From positions 584 to 64,583 of the forward strand of contig JBAYGC010000005.1 of assembly GCA_041666845.1 (NCBI GenBank): DNA of 64,000 bases, given 5' to 3'. This DNA is from Patescibacteria group bacterium. Lineage in GTDB: Bacteria > Patescibacteriota > Patescibacteriia > UM-FILTER-42-10. Every line of letters begins with the position of its first letter. Positions within the stretch are counted from its first letter, which is position 1. A program made the position numbers and the translations under genes. Positions 1 to 13,158 of the stretch are shown here, one piece after another. A model generated the notes under the pieces. That model was not told the DNA's origin and searched no databases. It saw only the letters and a list, made by a program, of their open reading frames with translations.

Positions 1-2937
1 GATTCCAATAATGTTATTCATGTAAAAATAGACCGCAAGCGTAAAGTGCCGGTCACAGCATTATTGCGCGCTTTCGGTTATTCCAGTAACGAAGAGATTA
101 AAGATATTTTCAAAGAAGTCGATACTCATCCGGATATCCGCTACATTGATGCGACAATTGCAAAAGATGTATCCCGCTCGGAAGCGGAAGGATTGAAGGA
201 AGTATATAAAAGAATCAGGCCGGGAGATTTAGCAACGGTTGATAACGCCAGATCGCTGATTCACTCCATGTTTTTTAACTTTGACCGGTACGATTTCGGA
301 AAAGTCGGACGCTACAAACTGAACCAAAGATTTGAATTCGATTTCCCGCTGACCAAAGAAAACCGTATCCTGAAAAGAGAAGACCTGATTGCAATTGTTA
401 AGGAAATAGTCCGGCTGAATTCCACGCAGGAAGAAGCGGATGATATTGATCATCTCGGCAACCGTCGCGTCAGAGCGATCGGTGAACTTGTGCAGAATAA
501 ATTCAGAGTTGGTCTTGCCAGAATGGAAAGAATCGTCAAAGACCGCATGAGCACTAAGGATGTTTTGACGCTTACGCCGAACCAGCTGATCAATGCTCGT
601 CCGGTGATTGGTGCAGTCAAAGAGTTTTTTATGTCATCCCAGCTTTCACAATTTATGGACCAGACCAACCCTCTGGCAGAATTGGAACATAAGAGAAGAT
701 TGTCAGCGATGGGCCCTGGCGGTCTATCCAGAGAAAGAGCCGGGTTTGATGTCCGCGACGTACACCGTACGCACTACGGTCGTATTTGCCCAATTTCCAC
801 TCCAGAAGGTCCGAACATCGGTTTGGTCGGCCATCTGACAACCTACGCCAAAGTAAATGAATTTGGTTTTATTGAAACACCATTCCGCAGAGTTTTGCAT
901 GATATTCCAAACAAGGCAACTGTTACCGAAGGTAAAACCACCCGAGAAGATGTGTTGGATAAGAGCGGGAAAGTCGTTTTGAAAAAAGGCGAAGTGATTG
1001 ATGCTAAAAAGGCAAAGGATCTGGAAAAAGCGGACGTGGAAAAAGTTCCGATCATTCCGGTAGTTACCAATGAAATAAATTATGTAGATGCATTTGAAGG
1101 TGAGCGCCGCGTTACGGTTGCTGCAACTGCCCCTTTGGATGAAAACGGACATTTTATCAATGAAAAAGAAGAAGTAAGAAAACTCGGACAGCCGACTGTT
1201 GAATATGTCCATAATATTGATTATATGGACGTGGCACCAAATCAGATTATCAGCGTTGCTACAGCTTTGATTCCGTTCTTGGAGCATGATGATGCGGTTA
1301 GAGCCTTGATGGGCACCAACATGCAACGTCAGGCAGTATCCTGTGTTCGGCCGGAAGCTCCGCTTGTCGGCACCGGTGTTGAATCACAGGCAGCGAAGGA
1401 TTCTGGACAGGTTATTATTACTAAAAAAGCCGGCATGGTCGCATCCGTTTCCGGTGCCGAGATTAAGATCCTGGAAGAAGACGGAAATTTGAAAGTATAT
1501 GAACTGGGCAAATTTGTCAGATCGAATGCGTCCACCTGCATGAACCAGAAGCCGATTGTTGAAAAAGGTCAGAAAGTTAAAGTTGGTGACGTGATTGCCG
1601 ACGGAGCATCAACCGACCGAGGTGAACTGGCATTGGGACAAAATATTCTGGTTGCTTACATGCCTTGGGAAGGTGGCAACTACGAAGACGCAATTTTATT
1701 ATCCGAGCGGCTGGTACGCAATGACCGCTACACCTCCATTCATATTGAAGACTATACAATTGACGTCCGTGATACCAAGCTTGGTGCGGAAGTAATTACC
1801 CGAGACATTCCGAACGTATCCGAAGAAAAACTGAAAGATCTGGATGAAGAAGGTATCGTCAGAGTCGGTGCCAATCTGTCATCCGGTGATATTTTAGTCG
1901 GAAAAATTACGCCAAAAGGTGAAACAGAATTATCCGCGGAAGAAAAATTATTGAGAGCGATCTTCGGTGAAAAAGCCAAGGACGTTAAAGACAGCTCTCT
2001 GTATTTGGAACATGGTGAACACGGAAAAGTTGTGGGAATTAAAATATTTTCCAGAGATAAAGGTGATAAACTACCGTCCGGTGTGATTAAGAGTATTCAG
2101 GTTTCAGTTGCCCAGCTCAGAAAAGTGCAGGTCGGAGATAAGATGGCCGGTCGTCACGGAAACAAAGGTGTCATTTCCAGAATTGTGGCGGTGGAAGATA
2201 TGCCTTTCCTGGAAGACGGCACACCGGTTGATATTATGCTCAACCCGCTCGGTGTTGCTTCCCGTATGAACCTGGGACAAATTTTAGAAACCCATTTGGG
2301 ATTAGCAGCCAAAACTTTAGGCTACTACGCAGCAACCCCGGCTTTGGACGGTATTGATGAAAAGGACATCCGGAGTGAATTAGTAAGAGCGGGATTCCCC
2401 AGTGAAGGTAAAATGGTTTTATATGACGGCAGAACCGGCAAACGTTTTGATAAAGAAGTCACAGTTGGTTATACCTACATGCTGAAACTCAACCATTTGG
2501 TTGAAGACAAAATTCACCAACGTTCTATCGGACCGTACTCTCTGGTTACTCAGCAGCCACTTGGTGGTAAAGCGCAGTTCGGCGGACAGCGTTTCGGAGA
2601 AATGGAAGTTTGGGCACTGGAAGCCTACGGCGCAGCCAATATGCTACAGGAAATGTTGACGATCAAATCCGACGATGTACCAGGACGTTCTAAAGCCTAC
2701 GAGGCGGTAATTAAAGGCGAGCCGATCAGAAATTTGAATGTCCCTGAGTCATTTAACGTTTTGGTCAGGGAATTAAAAGGCCTCTGTTTGGATGTTGATT
2801 TAATAATGGAAGAATCAAAAGATGGTAAGGTTGAAGAAAAGGAAGATGTGGAGAAAAATGACGAAGAGAATAGCGAAGCAGAAGTGAATGAAATAGAGAA
2901 GATTAAAGAGGAACTAGAGAAAGATAAAAAGGAATAA
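1..2937 (+). CDS. rpoB: RNA polymerase beta subunit (5' truncated by window edge)
   Basis: Frame is open from base 1; motifs [40 protein letters not shown]. Confidence 0.99.
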   Translation, partial: DSNNVIHVKIDRKRKVPVTALLRAFGYSSNEEIKDIFKEVDTHPDIRYIDATIAKDVSRSEAEGLKEVYKRIRPGDLATVDNARSLIHSMFFNFDRYDFGKVGRYKLNQRFEFDFPLTKENRILKREDLIAIVKEIVRLNSTQEEADDIDHLGNRRVRAIGELVQNKFRVGLARMERIVKDRMSTKDVLTLTPNQLINARPVIGAVKEFFMSSQLSQFMDQTNPLAELEHKRRLSAMGPGGLSRERAGFDVRDVHRTHYGRICPISTPEGPNIGLVGHLTTYAKVNEFGFIETPFRRVLHDIPNKATVTEGKTTREDVLDKSGKVVLKKGEVIDAKKAKDLEKADVEKVPIIPVVTNEINYVDAFEGERRVTVAATAPLDENGHFINEKEEVRKLGQPTVEYVHNIDYMDVAPNQIISVATALIPFLEHDDAVRALMGTNMQRQAVSCVRPEAPLVGTGVESQAAKDSGQVIITKKAGMVASVSGAEIKILEEDGNLKVYELGKFVRSNASTCMNQKPIVEKGQKVKVGDVIADGASTDRGELALGQNILVAYMPWEGGNYEDAILLSERLVRNDRYTSIHIEDYTIDVRDTKLGAEVITRDIPNVSEEKLKDLDEEGIVRVGANLSSGDILVGKITPKGETELSAEEKLLRAIFGEKAKDVKDSSLYLEHGEHGKVVGIKIFSRDKGDKLPSGVIKSIQVSVAQLRKVQVGDKMAGRHGNKGVISRIVAVEDMPFLEDGTPVDIMLNPLGVASRMNLGQILETHLGLAAKTLGYYAATPALDGIDEKDIRSELVRAGFPSEGKMVLYDGRTGKRFDKEVTVGYTYMLKLNHLVEDKIHQRSIGPYSLVTQQPLGGKAQFGGQRFGEMEVWALEAYGAANMLQEMLTIKSDDVPGRSKAYEAVIKGEPIRNLNVPESFNVLVRELKGLCLDVDLIMEESKDGKVEEKEDVEKNDEENSEAEVNEIEKIKEELEKDKKE

Positions 2938-3012
2938 AACAGGTAATTGGTAACTAGTAATCCTCGAATTTTCATAAGCAGTTACAATCTATAGGTCATC
3001 AACTATACAAAT

Positions 3013-6000
3013 ATGATTGAAGAAAAAGAGAAAAAACTTGAATTTAACGCTATTCGTCTGAAGCTTGCTTCCCCGGATGAACTGCATGAATGGTCGCACG
3101 GCGAGGTACTCAAGCCGGAGACTATTAATTACCGTACGCAAAAACCGGAAAAAGACGGCCTGTTTTGTGAAAAGATTTTTGGTCCTTCAAAAGACTGGGA
3201 ATGTTATTGCGGAAAATATAAGAGAATCAGATACAAAGGGATTGTCTGTGACAAATGCGGAGTGGAAGTAACACGTTCCATCGTGCGTAGAGAGCGGATG
3301 GGTCATATCGATTTGGCGGTATCCGTTTCACATATCTGGTTTTTAAGAGGAGTGCCTTCCAAAATCGGACTGGTACTGGATCTTTCCGTACAGAATTTAG
3401 AAAAAGTAATATACTTCGCCAATTTTATTATTACCAAAGTCAATGACGAATTACGACAAGAGACAATTCAGCAAATTGACGGCGAATACAAGAGTAAGAA
3501 AAAAATAATCGAAGCGGATTTTAACCGCCGGTCGAATGAATCCAAACAGCTGGAAGCCAAACTGATCGCGGAAAATAAAGATACTAAGGCGCAGGCTAAA
3601 CTGATCAAGGAAGTTGAGCAGGAGCTGATCAACAACGCTGTCAATCGTGATGAGAAAATAAGAGACCTGCAGGAAGCGGTAGATTTGGCACGCAAGGAAC
3701 TAAAAGAGTTGAAACCTCTGCAGATTATTTCTGAAAATAAATACCAGGATCTCTCGTTAAAATATGGGCATGTTTTTGAAGCCGGTATTGGAGCGGAAAC
3801 CATCAGAAGACTGCTGGAAGAAATTGATTTGGACGAATTAATCGCCAAACTGGAAATCGAAACAGAGGAAAGCAGCAAGAATCAGCGAAGGCGTGTGGTC
3901 AGAAGGACGAAGCTGATCAAGAACATGAAGAAAAACAATATTCGCCCGGAATGGATGGTCTTAACTACAATCCCGGTGATTCCTCCTGATCTGCGCCCGA
4001 TGGTGCAGTTGGACGGCGGCAGATTTGCCGCATCGGATTTGAATGATTTATACCGGAGGGTAATCAACAGAAACAACCGTTTGAAACGTCTTTTGGATTT
4101 GAATGCCCCAGAAGTTATCACCAGAAACGAAAAAAGAATGTTGCAGGAAGCGGTGGATGCTTTGATTGATAATAATGCCCGCCATGGCAAGACCGTTACC
4201 GCCTCAACCGGCCAAAGACGACAGTTAAAGTCATTGGCAGACATGTTAAAAGGTAAACAGGGCAGATTCCGACAAAACCTGTTGGGTAAGCGTGTCGACT
4301 ATTCCGGTCGTTCAGTAATCGTCGTCGGTCCTCATTTGAAATTATATCAGTGTGGTATCCCGAAGAAGATGGCTTTGGAACTTTTCAAACCCTTTGTCAT
4401 CAGTCAGCTGATTAAACGAGAATACGTGCACAATGTCAGAAGTGCCAACCGTTTTATCGAATCCGGACGTGACGAAGTGTGGGATATCTTGGAAGAAGTT
4501 ACAAAAAACAATCATGTATTATTGAATCGTGCGCCGACACTGCACAGACTCGGTATCCAGGCTTTTCAGCTGGTACTGATTGAAGGTAATGCTATTCAAC
4601 TGCATCCTTTAGTCTGTCCGCCATTTAACGCGGATTTCGACGGAGACCAGATGGCTGTGCATGTACCTTTGACCCAAAAAGCAAAAGCGGAAGCAAAGGA
4701 TAAAATGCTTGCGACACATAATATTTTGAAACCGGCGACCGGTGAACCGGTAATTACCCCTTCACAGGATATTGTTTTGGGTTGTTATTATATGACCACC
4801 ATGCTGGATGAAGATAAGCCGGCCAAGAAATTCTTTTCCGCGGAATATGAAGCAATTCTGGCTTTTGAAACCGACAGTATTGAAATGCAGACAAAGATCG
4901 GATTATTGAAAGACGGCAAACGAATTGATACGACAGTCGGCCGGATCATTTTCAATCAAATTTTCTCCGATGACGTGCCTTATCAGAATAAGGTAATGGA
5001 CAAGCGGAATATTAAAGAAATTATTCAGAAAGCACTGAACAAGGACGGCTCGGAAGTCACATCCGTATTACTCGATGATATTAAGGAGATGAGTTTGAAA
5101 TATTTGACCCTTTCCGGATTGAGCTGGGGTATGGGCGATACACCGATCCCGGTTGGCAAGAAAGAAGCAATTGAAGCGGCGGAAAAGAAGATTGATGAAA
5201 TACACGGTCAATATGAAATGGGTCTTTTGACTAAAGAAGAACGCTATGCCAAATCGATTGATGTTTGGGCCAGCACAAAAAATGAAGTTCAGGAAATAAG
5301 TAAAAATGCATTAGATCCGCTCGGTTCTGTATTTGCCATGATTGACTCCGGTGCCCGTGGATCTTGGGGACAAATCACCCAGATGATGGGTATGAAAGGA
5401 TTGGTGACGAACCCGGCGGGAGAAACTATCGAATTGCCGGTCAAGGGAAGCTTCAAAGAAGGATTCAATGTTTTGGAATATTTTATCTCAACTCACGGTA
5501 CCAGAAAAGGACTTTCCGATACAGCGCTCCGAACTGCTAACGCCGGATATCTGACCAGACGTCTGGTGGATGTTGCACAGGATGTGGTGGTTCGGGATGA
5601 AGACTGTGGAGATACGGACGGTTATATCATGACCAAAGAGCAAAGCGAAGAAATCGGCGAAGAGCTTTCTAAGCGTGTTCTGGGCAGAGTAGTTTTGGAT
5701 GATATATTATCCGGTAAAAAAGTAATTGTTAAAAAGGGAGAACTGGTTACCGAGAAAGAGTATGAAAAACTGAAAGAGATGGATTTGCAGGAAGCCAGGG
5801 TGCGTTCCATAATCAGCTGTAAGAGCATCAGAGGCGTCTGTCGCAAATGCTACGGCTTTGACCTCGGATACAATAAGATGGTGGAACTGGGCGAGGCGGT
5901 GGGAATTATCGCCGCACAGAGTATCGGTGAACCGGGAACACAGCTGACCATGAGAACGTTCCATACCGGAGGAGTTGCCGGCCAGGATATTACTCAAGGT

Positions 6001-6876
6001 TTGCCGAGAGTTGAAGAATTGTTTGAAGCTAGACCTGTGAAGAAGGCGGCGATCATCAGTGAAATTGACGGACAAGTCAGTATTACGGAGCAGGATAAAC
6101 AGAAGATGATCAAGGTAATTGCGGAAAAACCGGTTACCGAGAGTTATGATATTGAAAAATTATTCAAAAAGGTAGGCTTTACCATCAAAGTAAAAAATGG
6201 CGCTTCGGTTGATAAGGGTGATGTGATTGCAGAAAATGATAAAGGTAAAGTGATTAAAGCGAAGGCACAAGGAAAAGTAACAGTTGAAAAATCAATCGTT
6301 AAGATTTCCGGCACTGAAGAAAATGTTTATGAATATGCTATTCCGATCGGCTTCTCGTTATGGGTTAAGGATGGGGACTTGGTTACATCCGGTCAGCAGT
6401 TAACTGAAGGCAGTCTTAATATCCAGGAACTGTATCGTCTGCGGGGCAAGGATGCCGTCCAGAGGTATATTATTAAAGAAATTCAGTATATTTATTCCTC
6501 ACAAGGTCAGAAACTAAACGATAAGCATATTGAAATAATTGTCCGCCAGATGTTCTCGCGTTATTATGTGAAAAATGCCGGTGACACGGATCTGCTGTCC
6601 GGTGATATTATTTCGGAAGACCAGTTGCTCGAGGCCAATATTGCACTCAAGAAGGGTGAAAAGAAGGCGTCCGGTGAGAACCTGCTATTGGGTATTACCA
6701 AAGCTTCGCTTTCCACTGACAGCTTCCTGGCAGCAGCTTCATTCCAGGAAACAGCCCGCGTGCTGATTGATGCTTCAATTTCAGGGAAGGTTGACAAATT
6801 AAGAGGATTGAAAGAGAATGTAATTATCGGAAAACTGATTCCAGTAGGAACCGGATTCAAGCCGAAAGTGAAGTAA
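3013..6876 (+). CDS. rpoC: RNA polymerase beta' subunit
   Basis: NADFDGDQM catalytic motif, N-terminal Zn-finger cysteines, directly after rpoB. Confidence 0.99.
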   Translation: MIEEKEKKLEFNAIRLKLASPDELHEWSHGEVLKPETINYRTQKPEKDGLFCEKIFGPSKDWECYCGKYKRIRYKGIVCDKCGVEVTRSIVRRERMGHIDLAVSVSHIWFLRGVPSKIGLVLDLSVQNLEKVIYFANFIITKVNDELRQETIQQIDGEYKSKKKIIEADFNRRSNESKQLEAKLIAENKDTKAQAKLIKEVEQELINNAVNRDEKIRDLQEAVDLARKELKELKPLQIISENKYQDLSLKYGHVFEAGIGAETIRRLLEEIDLDELIAKLEIETEESSKNQRRRVVRRTKLIKNMKKNNIRPEWMVLTTIPVIPPDLRPMVQLDGGRFAASDLNDLYRRVINRNNRLKRLLDLNAPEVITRNEKRMLQEAVDALIDNNARHGKTVTASTGQRRQLKSLADMLKGKQGRFRQNLLGKRVDYSGRSVIVVGPHLKLYQCGIPKKMALELFKPFVISQLIKREYVHNVRSANRFIESGRDEVWDILEEVTKNNHVLLNRAPTLHRLGIQAFQLVLIEGNAIQLHPLVCPPFNADFDGDQMAVHVPLTQKAKAEAKDKMLATHNILKPATGEPVITPSQDIVLGCYYMTTMLDEDKPAKKFFSAEYEAILAFETDSIEMQTKIGLLKDGKRIDTTVGRIIFNQIFSDDVPYQNKVMDKRNIKEIIQKALNKDGSEVTSVLLDDIKEMSLKYLTLSGLSWGMGDTPIPVGKKEAIEAAEKKIDEIHGQYEMGLLTKEERYAKSIDVWASTKNEVQEISKNALDPLGSVFAMIDSGARGSWGQITQMMGMKGLVTNPAGETIELPVKGSFKEGFNVLEYFISTHGTRKGLSDTALRTANAGYLTRRLVDVAQDVVVRDEDCGDTDGYIMTKEQSEEIGEELSKRVLGRVVLDDILSGKKVIVKKGELVTEKEYEKLKEMDLQEARVRSIISCKSIRGVCRKCYGFDLGYNKMVELGEAVGIIAAQSIGEPGTQLTMRTFHTGGVAGQDITQGLPRVEELFEARPVKKAAIISEIDGQVSITEQDKQKMIKVIAEKPVTESYDIEKLFKKVGFTIKVKNGASVDKGDVIAENDKGKVIKAKAQGKVTVEKSIVKISGTEENVYEYAIPIGFSLWVKDGDLVTSGQQLTEGSLNIQELYRLRGKDAVQRYIIKEIQYIYSSQGQKLNDKHIEIIVRQMFSRYYVKNAGDTDLLSGDIISEDQLLEANIALKKGEKKASGENLLLGITKASLSTDSFLAAASFQETARVLIDASISGKVDKLRGLKENVIIGKLIPVGTGFKPKVK

Positions 6877-6896
6877 CGGATTATAAAAAAATATAT

Positions 6897-6929
6897 AAAC
6901 GGGCGCCCTCGATTTAGGCGCCTGTTTTG
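6897..6929 (+). terminator. Intrinsic terminator after rpoC
   Basis: aaacgggcgcc-loop-ggcgcctgtttt hairpin with T-run. Confidence 0.65.
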
Positions 6930-7003
6930 TTCCAAAAGCTTCATATAATACTTTGACGAATACCCAATATTCGTGTTAAAATGAGTAATCAATCAGTATC
7001 AAG

Positions 7004-9268
7004 ATGGCAACAACTCAACCCAAAAAGCGAATAAAAAAAGAACATCTCGAAGAAGAGAAACAACCCATTTTAAACCCCGGGACACGCCGAGGGATTATTG
7101 TTGTTTCCCTGTTTGTGGTTGCGGCGATCAGTATCTTAAGCTTCTTTGAGCTGGCCGGCAGTGTCGGCAATTATCTTGATCAGCTGCTGAGAGTTATTTT
7201 CGGTTGGGGCTCATTCTTGTTTCCGATCATCCTTGCCGTTTTCGGTTATATGCTTATTTTCCCGGACAAATATTCCCTGAAGGCGTCCAATTATCTGGGT
7301 GTGTTCTTACTGTTACTGGCACTGCTCGGGATCATGCATCTTTTTGTCGGACAGGAAGCGGCGGTAGAAGCGATTGACGAGGGGCGCGGCGGCGGCTATT
7401 TGGGTTTAGTTATCAGCTTGCCACTCTTAAAAATTATGGGAATCTGGGCGACATCAATCGTACTGGTTGCCTTATGTTGCATTGCTGTTTTGATCGTATT
7501 TGCCACTTCAATTAACCGGCTGGTGGAAGGCGGCAGTGTCATCGGTTCGGTGATGCTCCGGATCAGGGAATTTTTCCGCAAAATTAACTACCGAGTTTCG
7601 GAAAGCCGCATGGAAAAAGAAGCCAGCGCGGAAGTGGAGGAAGAGCGTTCTTTTAGCAGAAAAACTATTACTCAAAAAGCAGATTTGGAAGACGGAAAGG
7701 AAGAAGTAATCAGCGCGGTTAATGAAGACGTGGAAACGGGTGATCAGATGAAAATTTTTAATAAGAATAAACACCGGCCGAAAATCGACATCCCGATTGA
7801 TTTGCTCGAGGGTACTTCCGCCAAACCGACCAGCGGTGATATAAATTTGAATAAAGAAAAGATCAAAAAGACCTTACAGAACTTCGGCATTGAAGTGGAG
7901 ATGGGTGAAACAAACGTCGGTCCGACCGTGACACAATATACGTTGAAACCGTCCGAGGGTGTGAGAATTTCACAGATCGACACACTGCAAAATGATATTG
8001 CGCTGGCCTTGGCGGCCCATCCGATCAGAATTGAGGCGCCGATTCCGGGCAAATCACTGGTTGGTATTGAAGTGCCGAACCAGAAAGTAGCGGTGGTTAA
8101 GCTGAAAGAAATTATTCAGAGCGAAGCGTTCAAAAAGCGGGAGTCAGATCTGAATATTTCCTTAGGCAAGGACGTTTCCGGTTTTCCGTGGGTAGCGGAC
8201 ATGGGTAGCATGCCCCACCTTTTAGTGGCCGGTGCCACGGGTTCCGGGAAGAGTGTCTGCATCAATTCAATTATTATCAGCCTCTTGTATCAGAATTCAC
8301 CGGATAAGCTAAAACTGATTTTAGTTGATCCGAAACAAGTGGAACTGACCATCTATAACGGTATACCACATCTGCTGACGCCGGTAATCACTAAGGCGGA
8401 TAAAACAATCAATGCGCTTAAATGGGCTGTTGCCGAAATGGAAAGAAGATTTGAATTGCTGTCACAAACCGGCCAGCGGAATATTAAAGGATTTAATGCC
8501 GGAGTTGCAGAAGGACTGCCATATATCGTAATTGTGATTGACGAACTGGCGGATCTGATGAGCGTGAATGCACCGGAAGTGGAAGGATCTATTATCAGAC
8601 TGGCGCAAATGGCCAGAGCGGTAGGTATCCATCTGGTAGTAGCCACGCAACGGCCGTCAGTGGATGTCATTACCGGTCTGATCAAAGCGAATATCACTTC
8701 CCGCATTGCCTTTACGGTTGCTTCGGGCACCGATTCCAGAACTATCCTGGATTTCGCCGGGGCGGAAAAACTCTTAGGTAGTGGTGATATGCTTTACGTA
8801 TCCGCCCAACTTTCCAAACCGAAACGTCTGCAGGGTGCGTATGTTACAGAACGGGAGATCCGGAATATTGTGGACTTTTTGAAAGAAAAAGGCGAACCGG
8901 AATATAACGAAGAAATTATTACCAGGCACGGAGCCCATGTCGGTGAAAAGGGCGAATCACTTTCGGAAGATGACGATGTGTTGGTGGACGATGCCCAGGA
9001 AATTATTTTGGAATCACAAAAAGCCTCCGCTTCTTTTCTGCAGAGGCGTATGCGGATCGGCTACGCGCGTGCCGCCCGCATTTTGGATATTTTGGAAGAG
9101 CGGGGAATTATCGGACCCGCGGACGGAGCTAAACCGCGTGATGTATATGTCAAAGATAAGGATGATATTGATATCATTTCTGATCCGGATAACCAAGATG
9201 AGGAAGAGGTTGTCGAGTCAGAATCCACCGAAGAAGAAATAGCAGAGGAAAAACAGAATAAACTTTAA
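7004..9268 (+). CDS. ftsK: DNA translocase FtsK/SpoIIIE
   Basis: N-terminal TM helices, Walker A GATGSGKS, DELADLM, gamma domain SASFLQRRMRIGYARAAR. Confidence 0.97.
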   Translation: MATTQPKKRIKKEHLEEEKQPILNPGTRRGIIVVSLFVVAAISILSFFELAGSVGNYLDQLLRVIFGWGSFLFPIILAVFGYMLIFPDKYSLKASNYLGVFLLLLALLGIMHLFVGQEAAVEAIDEGRGGGYLGLVISLPLLKIMGIWATSIVLVALCCIAVLIVFATSINRLVEGGSVIGSVMLRIREFFRKINYRVSESRMEKEASAEVEEERSFSRKTITQKADLEDGKEEVISAVNEDVETGDQMKIFNKNKHRPKIDIPIDLLEGTSAKPTSGDINLNKEKIKKTLQNFGIEVEMGETNVGPTVTQYTLKPSEGVRISQIDTLQNDIALALAAHPIRIEAPIPGKSLVGIEVPNQKVAVVKLKEIIQSEAFKKRESDLNISLGKDVSGFPWVADMGSMPHLLVAGATGSGKSVCINSIIISLLYQNSPDKLKLILVDPKQVELTIYNGIPHLLTPVITKADKTINALKWAVAEMERRFELLSQTGQRNIKGFNAGVAEGLPYIVIVIDELADLMSVNAPEVEGSIIRLAQMARAVGIHLVVATQRPSVDVITGLIKANITSRIAFTVASGTDSRTILDFAGAEKLLGSGDMLYVSAQLSKPKRLQGAYVTEREIRNIVDFLKEKGEPEYNEEIITRHGAHVGEKGESLSEDDDVLVDDAQEIILESQKASASFLQRRMRIGYARAARILDILEERGIIGPADGAKPRDVYVKDKDDIDIISDPDNQDEEEVVESESTEEEIAEEKQNKL

Positions 9269-9271
9269 AAA

Positions 9272-9961
9272 ATGGACAGTTTCAAAGGGAAAGAAATTCG
9301 TGAAACCCGCACGCTTGGCGATAAACTGCGCGAAGCCCGTGAAGAGGAAAAAATATCCTTGGCGGATGCCGGCAGTGCGATACAGATCCGCAAAGAATAT
9401 CTGCAGTATCTGGAAGAAGGGGAATACAGTAAACTGCCGGGGGAGGTTTATATCAGAAATTTTCTGATCAAATATGCCGAACTTCTCCGTTTGAATCCGA
9501 ACAGGGTGATCGAACTGTTCGAAGCAGAAAAAAAGATCTTTAAGACTATTACTCCGCTGGAAAAACACCCGACGGACGGAAAGGGCGTAGTTCGCAACCA
9601 CCCGATTATTAATCCCAAATTTTTCCGAACCGGCTCGGTTGTCCTGATTATTGTTGCGCTGTTGGTCTATTTCGGAATTGAGGTCAGCAAGACCGTATCG
9701 CCCCCTTCCCTGGTTATCTATTCTCCGCAGGAAGATAACATCACGACTTCGGAATATTCGTATGAAATTTCCGGTCAGACGGAAAGTGAAGCAACTATTT
9801 CAATCAACGGCGAGGAGATTCTGGGTGATCCGAGCGGATATTTCCAGGCGAAAGTTGATTTGAAAGAAGGAATTAACATACTGGAAATAACCGCTGTCCG
9901 GAAGAGCAGTAAACCAAATACTGTTTACAAAAAAATCAGAGTGGAACCGGGAGAAATTTAA
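9272..9961 (+). CDS. RodZ-like HTH membrane protein with C-terminal Ig-like domain
   Basis: [10 protein letters not shown]...[17 protein letters not shown], one TM helix, beta-rich C-terminus; between ftsK and recA. Confidence 0.8.
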   Translation: MDSFKGKEIRETRTLGDKLREAREEEKISLADAGSAIQIRKEYLQYLEEGEYSKLPGEVYIRNFLIKYAELLRLNPNRVIELFEAEKKIFKTITPLEKHPTDGKGVVRNHPIINPKFFRTGSVVLIIVALLVYFGIEVSKTVSPPSLVIYSPQEDNITTSEYSYEISGQTESEATISINGEEILGDPSGYFQAKVDLKEGINILEITAVRKSSKPNTVYKKIRVEPGEI

Positions 9962-9992
9962 ATACAATATTTTAATTTTTAACTTAAACTTT

Positions 9993-11012
9993 ATGCCAAA
10001 AAATCCAATTGGACGGTCCGATGAAAAAGACAAAGCCGCACAGGTAGCGATCGATCAGATCAAAGACCGGTTCGGTGCCGGAGCGATTATGAAATTGGGC
10101 GACACGCAAAAAATAAAAGTGGATTCCATCTCAACCGGCTGTGTTTCCCTGGATATCGCGCTCGGCGTGGGCGGAGTACCACGGGGCAGGATTATTGAAA
10201 TCTACGGTCCGGAATCATCCGGCAAAACAACCCTGGCTCAGCACATCGTCGCTGAGGTGCAGAAAATCGGCGGAACCGCGGCATTCATCGACGCGGAACA
10301 TGCGCTGGATCCCGGATACGCCAAAAAAATCGGCGTGGATACGGAAGAACTGTTGATCTCCCAGCCGGACACCGGTGAACAGGCTTTGGAAATATTAGAA
10401 ACCCTGGTGCGTTCCAACGCGGTGGACGTGGTAGTGGTGGACTCGGTTGCCGCGCTGACACCGAAGGCGGAGATTGAAGGTGAAATGGGTGATTCGCACA
10501 TGGGTCTGCAGGCCAGACTGATGAGTCAGGCCTTAAGGAAGTTGGCGGGCATTATCAGCAAGAGCAATACCGTAGTAATCTTCATCAACCAGATCCGCAT
10601 GAAGATCGGTGTATTTTTCGGCAACCCCGAAACGACCACCGGTGGCAACGCGTTGAAATTTTACGCATCAGTCCGTATTGAAGTACGCCGTTCAGCGCAG
10701 ATCAAAAAAGGCGAGCAGATTATCGGCAACCGTGTGAAGGTGAAAGTGGTCAAAAACAAAGTAGCCGCTCCTTTCCGAACGACTGAATTCGACATTATGT
10801 ACAACGAAGGAATCTCCATGGCGGGCGACCTGATCGATACCGCTCTGCAGTACGGCGTGATGACCAAAAACGGCAACTCCTACAGCTATGGCGAGGCGAA
10901 ACTGGGTGTCGGCCGGGAAACCGCCCGCATGGCATTGAAGGAAGATAAAAAGCTGATGAAGGAGATTAAAGAGAAAGTCCTGGTCGCGGTAAAAGTCGCC
11001 GAGGAAAAATAG
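9993..11012 (+). CDS. recA: Recombinase RecA
   Basis: [28 protein letters not shown]. Confidence 0.99.
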   Translation: MPKNPIGRSDEKDKAAQVAIDQIKDRFGAGAIMKLGDTQKIKVDSISTGCVSLDIALGVGGVPRGRIIEIYGPESSGKTTLAQHIVAEVQKIGGTAAFIDAEHALDPGYAKKIGVDTEELLISQPDTGEQALEILETLVRSNAVDVVVVDSVAALTPKAEIEGEMGDSHMGLQARLMSQALRKLAGIISKSNTVVIFINQIRMKIGVFFGNPETTTGGNALKFYASVRIEVRRSAQIKKGEQIIGNRVKVKVVKNKVAAPFRTTEFDIMYNEGISMAGDLIDTALQYGVMTKNGNSYSYGEAKLGVGRETARMALKEDKKLMKEIKEKVLVAVKVAEEK

Positions 11013-11032
11013 AAGCAACTTTCTAAGTAAAC

Positions 11033-11067
11033 AAAAACCCCCACGCTCACGATGAGTGCGGGGGTTT
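11033..11067. terminator. Bidirectional terminator between convergent recA and efp
   Basis: aaaaacccccacgctca...tgagtgcgggggttt hairpin. Confidence 0.75.
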
Positions 11068-11076
11068 GAATTTGAA

Positions 11077-11640
11077 TTAATTTACTCTTTCTACGTACTG
11101 CCCTGATTGGGTGTTCACCCGGATCGTATCACCTTCTTTGATGAAGAGCGGGGTCTGGACGGTATAGCCTGTTTCCACAGTAACCGGTTTGTAAACACTG
11201 CCTTGGGCGGTGTCACCCTTCACTCCCGGAGGAGCGGAGGTTACTTTCAGTTCCACTTTAGCCGGCAGGTTGATCGATACCGCTTTGCCGTCAAAATTCA
11301 GGACTTCCACATCAGAATCTTCTTTGACGAAGTTGGATATTTCTCCGATCTGCGCTTTCGGCAGGACAAACTGTTCAAAAGATTCGCTGTCCATGAAATA
11401 GAAGTCATCACCGTCGCGGTACAGGAAATTCGCCTTGGTGCGCGTGAGATCCGCTTCCTGGATCTTGTCACCGCCCCGGTAAGATATTTCCAATGTTCCG
11501 CCGGAAATCACGTTGCGCATTTTTGTACGTAGTACTGCTCCGCCACGGCCCATTTTCAAATGATCGGTAGAAAGAATTACATATGGTTCGCCGTTTTCCA
11601 CGACCACAGTACCGATTTTAATTTCGTTCATGCCTAACAT
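11077..11640 (-). CDS. efp: Elongation factor P
   Basis: KMGRGGA loop, PGVKGDTA, VETG..VQTPLFI. Confidence 0.97.
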   Translation of the reverse strand: MLGMNEIKIGTVVVENGEPYVILSTDHLKMGRGGAVLRTKMRNVISGGTLEISYRGGDKIQEADLTRTKANFLYRDGDDFYFMDSESFEQFVLPKAQIGEISNFVKEDSDVEVLNFDGKAVSINLPAKVELKVTSAPPGVKGDTAQGSVYKPVTVETGYTVQTPLFIKEGDTIRVNTQSGQYVERVN

Positions 11641-11653
11641 ATATTTTTCTCTA

Positions 11654-11893
11654 TTATCTGGTTGTATAAGGGATCAGTGCCATAAACCGGGCGCGTTTTA
11701 CCGCCTGGGCCAGTTTGCGCTGATGTTTGGAGCAGGTTCCGGTTTTTTTCCTCGGCAAAATCTTGGCATAGGAGGAAAGAAATCGCTGAAATGCTTTGGT
11801 GTCTTTGTAGTCAATTTCCGCAATCCCGTTGGCGCAGAAATGACAGACTTTGATTTTTGGTAGACTATTAGTGGTTGTTGTGCGTGGTCTCAT
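11654..11893 (-). CDS. rpsR: 30S ribosomal protein S18
   Basis: CHFC...IDYKD...[13 protein letters not shown]. Confidence 0.97.
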   Translation of the reverse strand: MRPRTTTTNSLPKIKVCHFCANGIAEIDYKDTKAFQRFLSSYAKILPRKKTGTCSKHQRKLAQAVKRARFMALIPYTTR

Positions 11894-11905
11894 ATTTATA
11901 GGGGG

Positions 11906-12337
11906 TTAAAAAGGAATATCCTCGACATTGATCTCTTCTTCATTCGATGAAGTTGGTGGCTGTGGTGTAGCTTCCGGTCTGGATGCGCTACTGTCAGTCG
12001 GACGGTCGCCCGGTCTGCCCAGCATGATCATATTTTCACCGACTATTTCCGTGCGGTAACGTTTCTTGCCGTCATCGCCGTCCCAAGAACGGGTCTGCAG
12101 ACGACCTTCAATGTAAACCTGTCCGCCTTTTTTCAGATACTGCGCGGCAATTTCCGCCAGCTTGCCCCAGGTGACAATGTTATGAAACTCGGATTTTTCC
12201 TGTTTCTGTCCGCTTTTGTCGGTCCAGTTGAAACTGGTGGCCAGGGAAAAAGTGGCGACAGTCTGTCCGGAAGGAATAGTCTTGGTTTCCGGATCGCGGG
12301 TCAGTCGCCCGATGATTGTTGCTTTGTTTAAGTCCAT
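11906..12337 (-). CDS. ssb: Single-stranded DNA-binding protein
   Basis: NKATIIGRLTRDPE, IEGRLQTRSW, C-terminal EDIPF. Confidence 0.98.
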   Translation of the reverse strand: MDLNKATIIGRLTRDPETKTIPSGQTVATFSLATSFNWTDKSGQKQEKSEFHNIVTWGKLAEIAAQYLKKGGQVYIEGRLQTRSWDGDDGKKRYRTEIVGENMIMLGRPGDRPTDSSASRPEATPQPPTSSNEEEINVEDIPF

Positions 12338-12358
12338 AGTATTTTTGGTAAAGATTAA

Positions 12359-12916
12359 TTATGTTCCTAAAATATCGTCATCGAGAATATGATCCAGTTT
12401 CTCGTCCAGTTCCTCGAGCGATACTTTCTTCGGTTCCTTCTTAACCGGTTTTACTTCCTTTTCTTCTTCTAGCGGTTTCGGATCGGCAAATGAAGGTCTC
12501 GGTACGGCAGGTGCTTCCACTTTGGCGGCGACCGGTTCTTCGGCTGCGAAGATTGGTTTCACTTCCGCCGGTTTCTCAATTCTTCTTTCCTTGGCTTCTT
12601 TCGCCCGTTTCTCCGCTCTGGCGATTGCCAAAACGTCCCGGACGGTTACGATGTGTCTGGTTACTTCGTCCATAATCGCCAGTTCTTTTTCAATCTTGCG
12701 CAGATTGGCGCCCGGCAGATCAAAATCAACCTGCACGTAAAAACCATAGCGCTGGTTTTTGATCGGGTAGGCCAGTTTTTTCTTGCCCAGGTTGTTGTCG
12801 CGGACGATCACGCCCTCGTTTTTCTTGATCAGTTCGAACACTTTGTCGCGAACAAAAGGAATCTCTTCCTCAGAAATTTTGGAAGAGACAATTACTAAAA
12901 GCTCGTAATTTTGCAT
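12359..12916 (-). CDS. rpsF: 30S ribosomal protein S6 with long charged C-terminal tail; start re-called at MQNYEL
   Basis: YELLVI...GKKKLAYPIK; the longer ORF-track start runs through the promoter and repeats. Confidence 0.93.
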   Translation of the reverse strand: MQNYELLVIVSSKISEEEIPFVRDKVFELIKKNEGVIVRDNNLGKKKLAYPIKNQRYGFYVQVDFDLPGANLRKIEKELAIMDEVTRHIVTVRDVLAIARAEKRAKEAKERRIEKPAEVKPIFAAEEPVAAKVEAPAVPRPSFADPKPLEEEKEVKPVKKEPKKVSLEELDEKLDHILDDDILGT

Positions 12917-13016
12917 ATTTTGACCTCTTTCTTGCCTGTCCATCTTGAAATGGTCGTCTATTTCCAAGACATGGGATTGAGCAGGCATTAATTTATAAGT
13001 TGTAAAGTTCCCCGCA

Positions 13017-13045
13017 ATCTTACCAAAGGCAGGGGAAGGTGTCAA
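13017..13045 (-). promoter_or_regulatory. Sigma70-type promoter of rpsF-ssb-rpsR-efp
   Basis: TTGACA-17bp-TAAGAT on the minus strand. Confidence 0.7.
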
Positions 13046-13075
13046 CCCCCACACCCATACATGGGTGTGGGGGTT
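13044..13075. repeat. REP-like palindrome
   Basis: aacccccacacccat-ac-atgggtgtgggggtt; related copy at about 18767-18794. Confidence 0.8.
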
Positions 13076-13094
13076 GCGTGTTGCGTTCCGCTTT

Positions 13095-13140
13095 CCAAAA
13101 AACCCGATTTCTTTAACCCCAAACCGGTTGCTTGTCGTAG
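13095..13140 (+). repeat. 46-bp dispersed boundary element, copy A
   Basis: 36/46 gapless identity to copy B at 17496-17541. Confidence 0.8.
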
Positions 13141-13158
13141 CACGCGCGGTGATTTGTT

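Noticed and set aside
3450-3720. Coiled-coil insertion in RpoC
   Set aside because: Lineage-specific insertions at this position are common; no intein motifs.
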